This document shows, piece after piece, positions 12,170-23,144 of a stretch of 64,000 nt of DNA. Source of the stretch: Mobula hypostoma (Eukaryota); the NCBI RefSeq assembly GCF_963921235.1, contig NC_086118.1, positions 28,024,001 to 28,088,000 of the forward strand. Direction: 5' to 3'. The notes beneath the pieces were generated by a model. That model had not been told where the DNA came from. It searched no databases and worked only from the letters and a program-made list of their open reading frames with translations. Positions within the stretch are counted from its first letter, which is position 1, and each line of letters opens with the position of its first letter. A program made the translations under genes and the position numbers.

Positions 12170-12570
12170 GGGTTATGGTTGGGCAAGTTAGTTCAATACT
12201 CTGTTCGTTGTAGGAAAGAGGCTGTTCAATGAACCTGCTCATGACATTGAACATACTATAAGCACCACCAACTAATCACTTGGCCTTCAAATTTCCACTC
12301 ACACTAAACAGTTGCAGCTGCTACCATCTGGGAAACAGTACCGCAGCATAAAGTCCATGACCAACAGTCTTCGGGACAGCTTCTTCCACCAGGCTATCGG
12401 ACTGATTAATTAATGCTGATACAATTGTATTTCTATGCTATATTGACTGTCCTGTTGTACATACTACCTATTATAAATTGCTATAAATTGCACATTGCAC
12501 GTTTAGACAGAAATGTAAGGATTTTTACTCCCCATGTATATGAAGCATGTAAGTAGTAAAGTCAATTCAA
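12170..12570 (+). mobile_element. Rex1/Babar 3' fragment
   Basis: 'ctgctaccatctgggaaacagtaccgcagcataaag…gacagcttcttccaccaggctatc' followed by the family 3' UTR. Confidence 0.65.
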
Positions 12571-13223
12571 ACTTCAGAGTTCTTGATCCAGATTTTTAAT
12601 CACATGCTCGCTTTTCTCCAAACTCTTGGTTCTTCCACAATTCATGGCCTCCAGTTGACACCAAACCCCCACCCCTCAATGATGATGTGATGGTTCATTT
12701 CCCTCCCACAAAACCAAAAAAGATGCTTGGTCTCCAAGCATCCTTTACAGAACACACTGTCTGACTCCACCCTAAAGTTTGGAAAGATCACTATACTCCT
12801 CCACTCGTAGCAGTTTGTTGATTCCAATCTCTAAACTTACTGATTGCTTCTCATGGTATTCCTGTGGTTCAGCAGAGAACTGGTAAACTTGTCAGTAGGA
12901 CTTGCGCGAGGTTAAAATAGATGTGGGAAAAGTGAGTGCATTCATATGACTGGTAAACTCTGTGTTAGAATCTATGCAAATTCTTTCAAAAAAATGTCAA
13001 GAACTGATGAAGCATCTCAGCCTGAAACATTGATTCTTTATTTATTTTCATAGATGCTCATTTCCTCCAGCATCTTGTTTGGGTTACTCTGGGTTTACAG
13101 CGTCTGAAGAATCTCAATTGTTTATTATTTAAAATATTTGTTTCTGAATTGTTAGTAAACATAATTGTAGTTTATGAATATTTGGAGATGTCAGAGATGT
13201 CAGCAGCTTTCACTGTCTTACAG

Positions 13224-13354
13224 CTGGTAAATTTAAAGCTAGGAATTTGATCAGGCCAGACTACATGATGCTAGATACTAGTGAGAATGCTTTTGTGCCT
13301 ACTGAATCAAAAAAAAGCTATCTTTTGACGTTCACATGTAGGAACCTAGCCCAG
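13224..13354 (+). CDS. Candidate internal exon of an unidentified gene
   Basis: Acceptor ctttcactgtcttacAG, donor CAG|GTAAGA; only one open frame, (A)GKFKARNLIRPDYMMLDTSENAFVPTESKKSYLLTFTCRNLAQ; phase 1 to 0; non-repetitive. Confidence 0.45.
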
Positions 13355-13465
13355 GTAAGAACTGTTTTACTACTAGAGTAGGTTTGCTGTTGAAAATAAA
13401 ATCAGTTGGGCCCATATACTGCATTCCAAATCCTGTGCACTGTTTCCATAATTTGTTTCATTTAG

Positions 13466-13552
13466 CTTTATCTCTGCACTAAACCAAAATTGATGCCATC
13501 ATCTCACCCCAGTGTCCTTATAAGCAATTCACAAGGAGCCCGTGTAATGGTG
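13466..13552 (+). CDS. Candidate exon following 13224-13354
   Basis: Acceptor atttgtttcatttAG, donor GTG|GTAAAT; phase 0 to 0 open frame LYLCTKPKLMPSSHPSVLISNSQGARVMV; 111-nt intron from the previous candidate. Confidence 0.3.
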
Positions 13553-14272
13553 GTAAATATTGGTAGGTCAGGTTGAGGTGCCTGATGTTGATGTATTTGT
13601 CAAGCTTGGCAATTAACTTGCAGACATCCTCAGCGATGTGCACAAAATGTCAGCTCGACCAGTGATGAGACATCTGCAAGCTAATTGCCAAGCTCGGTGA
13701 ACACCACAACATCAAGTAGATATAATATACTCCCTCATAATTTACCATAGTGTTATGTGTTACCCGTCTCCACTTGTCCTTCCTTCATCCAATGCATGCA
13801 TTCTTAACATTTCAAAGTGATCCATTTTACACAAGTGTTATCCAAAAACCTTTTTACATACTTTTCTTCGCTATTACATCCTTTCTGTGATTTTGTGTCA
13901 AAAGGACTATTTCTCCGAGGCTGCGAAGAATGGTGAAGAAATGTGATTTAAGTGACTTTGATCTTGGAATGCTTGTTGGTGCCAGAAAGGAGGTTTGAGA
14001 ATCTCAGAAAATGCTGATTGCCTGGCATTTTCATGTACAACACCAAACCCCCACCGCTCAATGATGATGTGATGGTTCATTTCCCTCCCACAAAAACAAA
14101 AAAGATGCTTGGTCTCCAAGCATCCTTTACAGAACACACTGTCTGACTCCACCCTAACTCTACAAAGTTTGGAAAGATCACTGTAGAGTTGACAGAGACT
14201 GGTGTAAAAAACAAAACAAAAAAATCCAGTGAACAGCAGTTCTGTGGGTAAAAACACTTTGTTAATGAGAGA

Positions 14273-15301
14273 CACACACAAAATGCTGGTGGAATGCAGC
14301 AGGCCAGGCAGCATCTATAGGAAGAGCGCAAACAACAGGAATTCTGCAGATGCTGGAAATTCAAGCAACACACATCAAAGTTGCTGGTGAACGCAGCAGG
14401 CCAGGCAGCATCTCTAGGAAGAGGTACAGTTGACGTTTCAGGCCGAGACCCTTCATCAGGACTAACTGAAGAAAAAGATAGTAAGAGATTTGAAAGTAGG
14501 AGGGGGAGGGGGAGGGGGACTGGGAGATCAGAAATGATAGGAGAAGACAGGAGGGGGAGAGATGGAGCCAAGAGCTGGAAAGTTGATTGGCAAAAGGGAT
14601 ACAAGGGTGGAGAAGGGAGAGGATCATATGATGGGAGGCCTGGGAGAAAGAAAGGGGAAGGGGACTGCCAGAGGAAGATGGAGAGCAGGCAAGGAGTTGT
14701 GAGAGAGACAGAGAGAGAAAAAAGAGAGGAAAAAAAAGGAATAAATAAATAAATAAATACATACATACATACATACATACATACATACCTCTGGGATGGG
14801 GTAAGAACGGGAGGGGGGCATTAACGGAAGTTAGAGAAGTCAATGTTCATGCCATCAGGTTGGAGGCTACCCAGACAGAATATAAGGTGTTGTTCCTCCA
14901 ACCTGAGTGTGGCTTTATCTTGACAGTAGAGGAGGCCATGGATAGACATATCAGAATGGGAATGGGACATGGAATTAAAATGTGTGGCCACTGGAAGATC
15001 CTGCTCTCTCTGGCAGACAGAGCGTAGATGTTCAGCGAAACGGTCTCCCAGTCTGCGTCGGGTCTCACCAATATATAGAAGGCCTCACCGGGAGCAATAT
15101 AGCACACCAGATTATTCGCTAGACCCATTCTGATATGTCTATCCATGGCCTCCTCTACAACACCTTATATTCCGTCTGGCTCTCGGCCTGAAACATCGAC
15201 TGTGCATCTTCCTATGGATGCTGTCTGGCCTGCTGCATTCCACCAGCATTTTACGTGTGTTGCTTGAATTTCCAGCATCTGCAGATTTCCTCGTGTTTGC
15301 G
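14273..15301. mobile_element. Composite/nested Penelope insertion with inverted ends
   Basis: 14-bp TSD TTGTTAATGAGAGA at 14259-14272 and 15302-15315; GIY-YIG remnant 14847-15146; hammerhead at 14428-14463 (-); short inverted repeat at 15170-15300. Confidence 0.85.
14740..14787. repeat. (AAAT)n(ATAC)n microsatellite within Penelope terminal repeat
   Basis: Read directly from the sequence. Confidence 0.9.
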
Positions 15302-16539
15302 TTGTTAATGAGAGAGGTTGAAGTTGACAGGAAGGCGACAGTAACCCAAATAACCACGCATTACAACAATGATGTGCAGAAGCACATCTCTGATGGCACA
15401 ACATGTTGAACCTTGAAGTGGGTGGCCTACAGCAGCAGAAGACCACACCAGGTTCCTCTCCTGTAGCTAATGAAGTAGACACTGAGTGTATTTCATATCA
15501 AAAACTCTTAAAATAAATATCTCCCCAAATGACCTAATGGACAGATAGTGAAAAGGTGACAGATCATTATTCATGTCCAGCTTTCTCATTTGTGGAATGA
15601 GACCCACAAAAATATATGTCAGAATGAATTCTTGCCTTGAAGGACGTTGCTGAGTCTGTGAGTCATATGTGAACATAAGAACAGTTGGTGATATTTAGTT
15701 ATTTTTGCCAATGTATTTAATGTTATGATAGAGCTGTTTCCTGTTCAACATATCTTTGACACAAAAAGATTATGGCCAGAGGTCTAGTCGCAGGGACGTA
15801 GGTTCCTTTAGTCAGTAATAGAAAATTCAGGGTCGGAAGAGAAATCTTTACATTTGTACTAATAAGGACACCATGTAGTTGCAATGAGGAAGTGAAATAG
15901 CTGTTGTTGAAAGTGCAGAAAAGAAAGCATTTGACTTTTCCACTTGAGAAGGGAGAAATGAAAAGGTTACGAAATCTAGGTGTCAGAATAAGAATTGGAA
16001 TCAGAAAATTACCAGGAATATGACTTTCGTAATTTCTTCTAGTGTAAGGATGCCATGATCTCACTAGATTGACAGGTTGAAGGGTAATTTGAGATGAATA
16101 AAAGGACAGTTGATAGAATAGGGTATTGTGAGGCAACATTTCCTGTAATGATAACATGGCAGTGTAGGTGCAATATTTCCTCACTGCATGGTGCAACAAT
16201 GACCATTTTGACTGCGAGGTTTACCATTGTGGCCTTGACAACGGGATCTGAAACAGTAAGTTCAGTTAGAACAATGCATTCTCCCTTCAGGACAAGAATA
16301 GGTAATGCCACAGTACAGTATCAGGTATTTGTAAATACATGACTATAATTTGTTTCTATAATTGCTGGAGATGAAAAATTGGGCTTTCCATGTGTTTAGA
16401 GTAAGAACGTGTATAACTACTTTATTTGCTTTGTGGTTATAAAATCTCTTCCACGACTATTAGTAACATCAGAAGAGAGCCTCAAAGTAACTGATGAAGA
16501 TGAGAGCATGAATGACACAACTTCTGTCTTTTCTTTTAG

Positions 16540-16673
16540 ATGCTGATAGCCAAGAGACAGGAATGAAGGTAGATGAAGGCAACATCACACATCTCCTTTT
16601 GTTCTCGGAAAGCTTCACCCAGCCAGCCTGGAATCTTTCACCATCACCTATCAGCTCAAGAGACTATGATTGA
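16540..16673 (+). CDS. Candidate terminal exon of an unidentified gene
   Basis: Strong acceptor cttctgtcttttcttttAG; phase-1 frame (D)ADSQETGMKVDEGNITHLLLFSESFTQPAWNLSPSPISSRDYD*; phase does not directly match the 13552 donor. Confidence 0.2.
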
Positions 16674-16679
16674 TCTCAG

Positions 16680-17400
16680 AGAATGAATCAGAGTCAGGTT
16701 TAATATCTCTGGCTTATGTCATGAAATTTGCAGTTTTGTGATGGCAGTACATATAATTAAAATAAATTAGTAGTGCAAGAAGGGAGCAAAAATACTGAGG
16801 AAGAGTATATGGGGTCATTGCCCATTCAGAAATCTGATGGTGGAGTGAAGAAGCTGTAGACATTTGCTAGAATCTTAGGTAACATGCCAAATTTCCTCAA
16901 ACTCCTAGTGAAATATAGCTACTCTTGTGCCTTCTTTGTCATCAGTATGTTGGTCCCAGGATAAATCTTCAGAGATATTGACACCCAGGAACTTGAAACT
17001 GCTCACCCTTTTCATTACTAATCCCTCAGTGAGAACTGGTGTGAGATCTTCAACTTCTCCTTCCTGAAGTCCACAATCAATTTTTGATTTTACTGGCATT
17101 GAGTGCAGGGCTGTTGTTATGACAGCACTCAGCCAACTGACCTATCTCACTTCTGAACACCTCCTTGCCACCTGCCATAGTTGTGTCATTGGCAAATTTA
17201 TAGGTAGTGTTTGATCGTGGGTGTAGGGAGAGTAGAGCAGTGGGCTAAACACTCATCCTTGAGGTACACCAGGGTTGACTGTCAGCAAGAAGGAGATGTT
17301 ATTTCTTTTTTGCAGGGCAATTAATAGACAGTAGTACAGCATCAGCCAGATCTACAGGGCTTCATTTATTGTGTGATACAATGGCTAACGTAATGGCAAA
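16680..17400 (-). mobile_element. Rex1/Babar fragments
   Basis: RVSSFKFLGVNISEDLSWDQHT in ORF 16905-17099; gaatcagagtcaggtttaat tail. Confidence 0.65.
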
Positions 17401-18079
17401 GTCTTTGTCTAGAGTGCATTTATTTTAATGTTCCATTTATTGCTGGCTAGCTTTCAATAGTGGTTAGTTATTGGGTCATCAATCAATATGGGTTCATTTA
17501 GCCCCTCTTCCTCACCACCACCTGCCATCCCTCCACTGCAACTCTAATTGATATTCTCAGCAAGCAAAACATCTATTGATTTCTGTTGCCATGTGATTCT
17601 TGGAATGATATCTACTAATGTTTTATGAAGGTTCCGAGCATATAATTTAAGTCAATGCCTGGTATGACTAAGGATCTTATCCCCTCCACTGAGCAACATG
17701 AAAACTTTGGCTAATCCTCCCAGAGTCATGCTTCTCATGGGATAAGGTCAGTTTACCTACTGATTCCTCTTAACCAGTACTTTTCCGGAAGCTGTCATCT
17801 AGGTCTTTCAAAATGCTTCTCCTCAGAGCAACTCCATGCTATTCTCCTACTTAACCATAGTTTGTGTTACGGAGGGCCTTAATTTTGGAGAAGCAATACC
17901 TGATTTTAAATTTTACATTGCAAAACTTTTCCAATTACTGTGGCAAATCTAAATATATTTAATAGTGCTAGCTCCAAAGTTTAAATCTTAACTTGGCATT
18001 GGAGCCAATACATTTGAACTGTTTATTTAGAAATTCACACAGGAAATGTGTATCTTTTGTCACAAAACATACACTCAGA

Positions 18080-18470
18080 AGCCATTTTATTAGGTAAACC
18101 TGTACACTGCTCATTAATGCAAATATCTAATCAGTCAATCATGTGGCAGCAAGCAACTCAGTGCTAAAAGCATGCAGATATGATCAAGAGGTTTAGTTGC
18201 TATTCAGACCAAACATCAGAATGGGGAAGAAATGTGATCGAAGTGGTTGACTGTGGAATGATTGTTGGTGCCAGATGGGGTGGTTTTGAGTATCTCAGAA
18301 ACTGCTGATCTCCTGTGATTTTCATGTACAACAGTCGCTAGAGTTTACAGAGAATGTTGAGGAAAACAAAAAAAAAATCCAGTGAATAGCTGTTCTGTGA
18401 GTGAATGAGAGACGTCAGAGGAATATGACCAGACTGGTTTAAACTGACAGAAAAATGACATGTTGTGGGT
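18080..18470 (+). mobile_element. Tc1-like non-autonomous remnant
   Basis: TIR-like 'ccattttattaggtaaacctg' and body shared with 47725-48178. Confidence 0.6.
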
Positions 18471-18885
18471 CTTTTGTCACATATAAATACAGAAAAAGAT
18501 GTCAACTCTCCTTTAATAAAAGATGCAAATGAGCCAGATAATTTCACTTGTACCAGCACATTACTAACTTTTTATTTAATGAATTGCAATTAATTTTTTC
18601 CAATTCCTTCAGTGGGATATAATCTTATGCCCCCCCTTTTATTAGACCATGGCTCTAGAATGATATTGCAATCATTTAATTTTATGCCCTTTGCTTCCTG
18701 ATGATTGAAGCTTCTAAGAGTTATTTCCTGTTTTAGTGAGATAGAGCTGATGATTTTATCAGGAGTATTTTCATTTGTGCATGTGTTTTGGAAATCGTTT
18801 TTTAAAATCTACGTATGTTTGCTTCCTGCAAACCATACTAAGAAAAGAAATAAGAACAGCGACTTGTAACCACGGTATGTTATAG

Positions 18886-19120
18886 ACACAAGAGATCCTG
18901 CAGATGGTGGAAATTTTGAAAATTTTGAGCAACATGCATAATATGCTGGAGGAACTCAGCAAGTCAAGCAGCATCTATAGAGAGAAATAAACAGTCAACA
19001 TTTTGGGCAAAGACCGTTCATCAGGACTCCTGATAAAGTATCTTTTGGATTGAAACATCGACAGTTTATTTCCCTGCACAGATGCTGCCTGACTTGCTGA
19101 GTTCCTCCAGCACTTGTCTG
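18886..19120. mobile_element. Old back-to-back Penelope terminal-repeat mini element
   Basis: Inverted arms centred on 'catcaggactcctgataaag' (~19028); decayed hammerhead cores on both strands. Confidence 0.6.
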
Positions 19121-21429
19121 TCTTACTTTTAACTATATTCATCTTCTAACATATTGAAGTGACTCTAGCTTCCCCCACAACAGTGTTACTAAACAAAACT
19201 TAACACCTTTTCATACAAAAACATCTTACAACAACAGACTAATATTTTCTGCAAATATGCAGGTTTGCAACAGACTTTTCTAGAAGACAAAAAAGGAAAG
19301 ATTAGTTAAAGGAGGGAATTCAAGAGCTACTGAAGCAATTAAAAGTGGAGTATGCGAGAATCTAGAATTGGAGAATCTTGAAAGGTCATTATACTGAAGG
19401 ATTTATGTAATTTAAGTAAGTCCAGACTAAGTAGAGATTTTAAAATATGTTAGCAGGATTTGAGATAAAGCTATGTTTGCCTATTAGGTGGCATTAGGGA
19501 TATCAACCAAGAAGCACAGTATAAAAGCAATAAAGGTGGAAATTTCAATGTGTGGTTTAAGCAGACTGGAAGCAGGCATGGCAACAGAGGTGAAGGTAAT
19601 GATGGAGTTAATATTTGATGTGCAACATGCGGTACGTATTAAGTATGATGCAAGGCCATGAACAACTTGGTTCAAACGGTCGTGAAAGTAAAATTGGTTT
19701 TTAAGTTATTTAATCTTACCATTTCAGTTTTGATCATTTGTATATGTATGCATTAACTATTGTTAAATAGTAATTTTCCTAACATTAGTGGATTTCAAAG
19801 AAATTAATATTCTTTGTCTGAAGTTTTGTTATTCCATGAAGTGAAGTAAAATTCCAAAAAGTTATGCCTTTTTGATAAGAATTTTTATTCACCATGTAGC
19901 AAAGCTGAATTTATATTACAATCTGTATTTACAACCAGTATAAATGACTATCAGTAAATTCATTTTGATATTCATACCCACTCAGAGAATGATAGCAATG
20001 TTTTGTAACCAGCATTACATGAATTTATTAGAGGAACGTAAAACAGAAGCATCAGATCAGATCTTTGGAAAGAATGATAATATTTCCATAAGCTAAGTGC
20101 CTAGACTTGTTTAGCAGTAGTATCTTAAGCACATACGTGTTCACAATTTCAGAAAGGAATGGTAAATATTGTTGAATGAAACTGATCTGGAAGTCATCTA
20201 CAAACACTAAAGACTGATAAAACATAGAATGTATAACAAACAAACAGGTCAAACAGTTGACTTTGCTGGTAAAGATTTTAGCAATCAGTCCTGCATTTGT
20301 TCCCATCAAAAACTACAGATAACACATTCTCTATTTGTTTTAAATCTATGAATAAAAGGGGTCCAAATCTAATTTATTTCCAATCATTTGTCTCCTGTTA
20401 CCTACACTAAAGTCAAGTCAAATTTGAGTTTATTGTCATCAATATCCATAGTAGAAGTGCAATCACTTGAGTTGAATATGATGTTCTCCTAAGGGGTTGC
20501 CTACTGGTGGGTCCTCAGATGGTTGTAGAGGCTGATAAAGGAACCACATATTCTGGTGCAACGTGGGCAAGAGTAAATGGCGGCTGTGGTTTGTGGTTAG
20601 GTATTTTCATTGCTCATTCTTTCCTTTCACAGCTGCCACTTGTTCTCTGTGGCACCACAGAGATTATTCTCATGTAGCACAGCTCCCTCTTGAACATATT
20701 TCCAGATAGAGCCACTCTATCACAGGCACAACCCTCCTAGCTGTTGAGGACATCTTCAAAAGGTGGTTATTTAAGAAGGTGGCATCCATCACTCACCATC
20801 TGGGCATGCCATTTTCTCCTCACTAACATCAGGGAGGAGCTACAGATGTCTGAAGACCTATAACAAAGTAGTCACCTTCCTGTTCTTCACATATGTGTAG
20901 ATGCCTTGGGTTTTTTCTTGATCCTTTTCATCAAGGCTTTCTCATGTCCCTTTTTAGCTCTCTTATGTTTCTTATGTTCTTTTCTTGTTACCTTATAACT
21001 CTCAAGACTCTTGTCTGATCCTTGCTTGCTAAAATTCTTGACTAGATGTTCCACCTCTCATGTCAATTATAGTTCCTTTTCCCTACCAATCTTTCCCTGT
21101 CTCAATGACAAAACCAATCCAGAATCCCATGCAAATACTCCCTAAACAAGCTACATATTTCCAATATAAATTTTCCTGAGTACATCTGTCCCCAATTACT
21201 GTTCTCAAAAATTTATCAGCTTTACAGGAAATACTAAGCCCGCTGCTCTTTGACCTGCTTTGATAGTCATCTCTCCAGTGACTGATCCAGTTGAGGTGCT
21301 GATCAGAAAACAATCTGCCGATGAACTCATGGGGTCAAGCAGTTTCACTCACTGACTTCCTCCAGAAGTTTGTTTTTGCTTAAGATACCAGCACCTGCTG
21401 CGTCTTAAATCTCTGGTCTTCTGGTCAGT

Positions 21430-22070
21430 GTTGACAGTAAAGCACTTGGAATTATTGAAAGGATCTCTGCGGGAGGCTATGTGGTGTGAATGTCACGTTT
21501 GGTTTTCAGCCTGGGTGCTGATATTAACTCAGACCCTATTGACGAAGAAGCAAGGATGGAAAGATCATTTACAAGAATGGAAAAGTCTGCAAGAAGTGGT
21601 GGATATATCACAGGCAAGGTTCTCCCCACCACCAAGCATATTTACAAGTAGTACTGCCACAGAAAAGCTGCATCCATCATTAATCATCTGTACCATCCAG
21701 CCTATGCTCACTTCTTTATGTTGACAATGGGAAGGAGGTACAAGAGCTATAGGTCCAACACCAACAGGTTCAGGAATAGTTATTACCCTACAACCATCAG
21801 GCTCCTGAACCTATAGGGATGACTTCTCTCAACCTATGGGTGCACTTTCAAGAACTCTCCAACTCATATTCTCAGTATTATTTATTCATTATAATTTTTT
21901 AATTTTTGCCATTTGTCTTCTTTTGCACATTTGTTGTTTATAAGTCTTTATGTGTAGTTTTTCATTGAACCTATTATACAGCAGTTTTTGTTTTAATGCC
22001 TTCAAGAAAATGAAGCTCAAGGCAGTATATGGTGACATAAAGTAATTTGATAATAAATGTATTTTGAAAC
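21430..22070 (+). mobile_element. Rex1/Babar 3' fragment
   Basis: 'gggaaggaggtacaagagctataggtccaacaccaacaggttcaggaatagttattaccctacaaccatcaggctcctgaac' plus family 3' UTR. Confidence 0.65.
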
Positions 22071-22248
22071 TTGAACTATTTTTAAAACTTACTTGTGATG
22101 CTTCATTTCAACTGAAACCTCTGAGAACTTTAAGTCGAATATAACTAACAATTGCAATGTCCATAATCTCAGCTTCATGAATTCGCAAGTCTAATCATCT
22201 TCATCCAGGACTTTCCCTTAACCAATAACTTGGAAGGGTGTTTACTTA

Positions 22249-22262
22249 AGTTTTCAGTTTCG
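22249..22262 (-). promoter_or_regulatory. IRF-binding (ISRE-like) motif
   Basis: AGTTTTCAGTTTCG, i.e. GAAACTGAAAACT on the minus strand, in non-repetitive DNA 4.5 kb upstream of the gene 1 promoter. Confidence 0.3.
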
Positions 22263-23144
22263 TTCAAAGTTACTCAGTGAAATAGTTATGTGCTCTGGGA
22301 CCGAGAGGATGTTATGAGTCAAGAATTGTGGCTCCACACTGGCGATTCACATTCCCTTTTGGTTTAGGGTAAATTATCTATAAGTCTTAGCACAAGGTCA
22401 CTGATCCCACTTTGCAGAGTGAATATTTTAACATTACCCGGGTCAGGTGTACATCTTTAAGGAAAACGTGTGCCCTCCTTTGAGATAAGTAGAGGGTCAT
22501 CAGATGGTTGAGGTGACAACAAATTTTCATGCCACAAAAGCCAATGATAATGAATCTGATTCTGATTTTGACTAACCCAGCTATCAATTATTCACTGTGA
22601 AGGCAATCAAGTGGAGTTTATTGTCCGAGAGTCACTTTTCCTCTAAGCTGTGCAGGGACACAGCTGTGCAGTAGCATAAATGCTCCCATGAACATAGCCC
22701 TCATTGCTGTGCGTCTCTAATTTTCTTTTATATAATGGTTTACTAAGGTATCACACTGTTTTCAGGCCAAGTAAAAATTTCCATCTTAGAGCAATTGTTG
22801 GTCTGCACAGCTGTAAAAAAATAAGGAAACATTGCTGAGAGTTTTCTTCTGCACAGTACACTTAACAGCTGATGTGTTCATGGCAAGTCCTATGTAATGC
22901 AGTTGAAATACGCCTGAGCTCCCAATCAATTTTTGTCCAACCTTGAGGATTCCAGCAAATCTCCTGTTAAGGGTCCTCACTAACAAACACATGAACTACA
23001 GTGAACACAGGAAAAGCTTACAAAAAATAATAGGCTATATGTTCCTCCAGTGTGTTCCCTTAATCAGTAAGATCACAGATGAATTCCCTACATCCCACTT
23101 CCTCCACAACACAGCCTTGACCGATGCATTTCATTTGCTGTGAT

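Larger units (their letters stand above)
13900..15480 (+). mobile_element. Tc1-like non-autonomous remnant interrupted by two insertions
   Basis: 'gaagaaatgtgatttaagtgactttg…ttgttggtgccaga…ctcagaaaatgctgat' is shared with copies at 18080 and 47725; resumes at 15316. Confidence 0.6.

Noticed and set aside
13254-13275. CD28-like YxxM motif in the candidate exon
   Set aside because: The sequence is DYMML, not YxxM, and no TM or Ig exon is linked to it
16094-16342. Ig-like CEATFPVMITW in a + strand ORF
   Set aside because: No second Ig cysteine in register and no fitting splice sites; overlapping ORFs on both strands suggest chance
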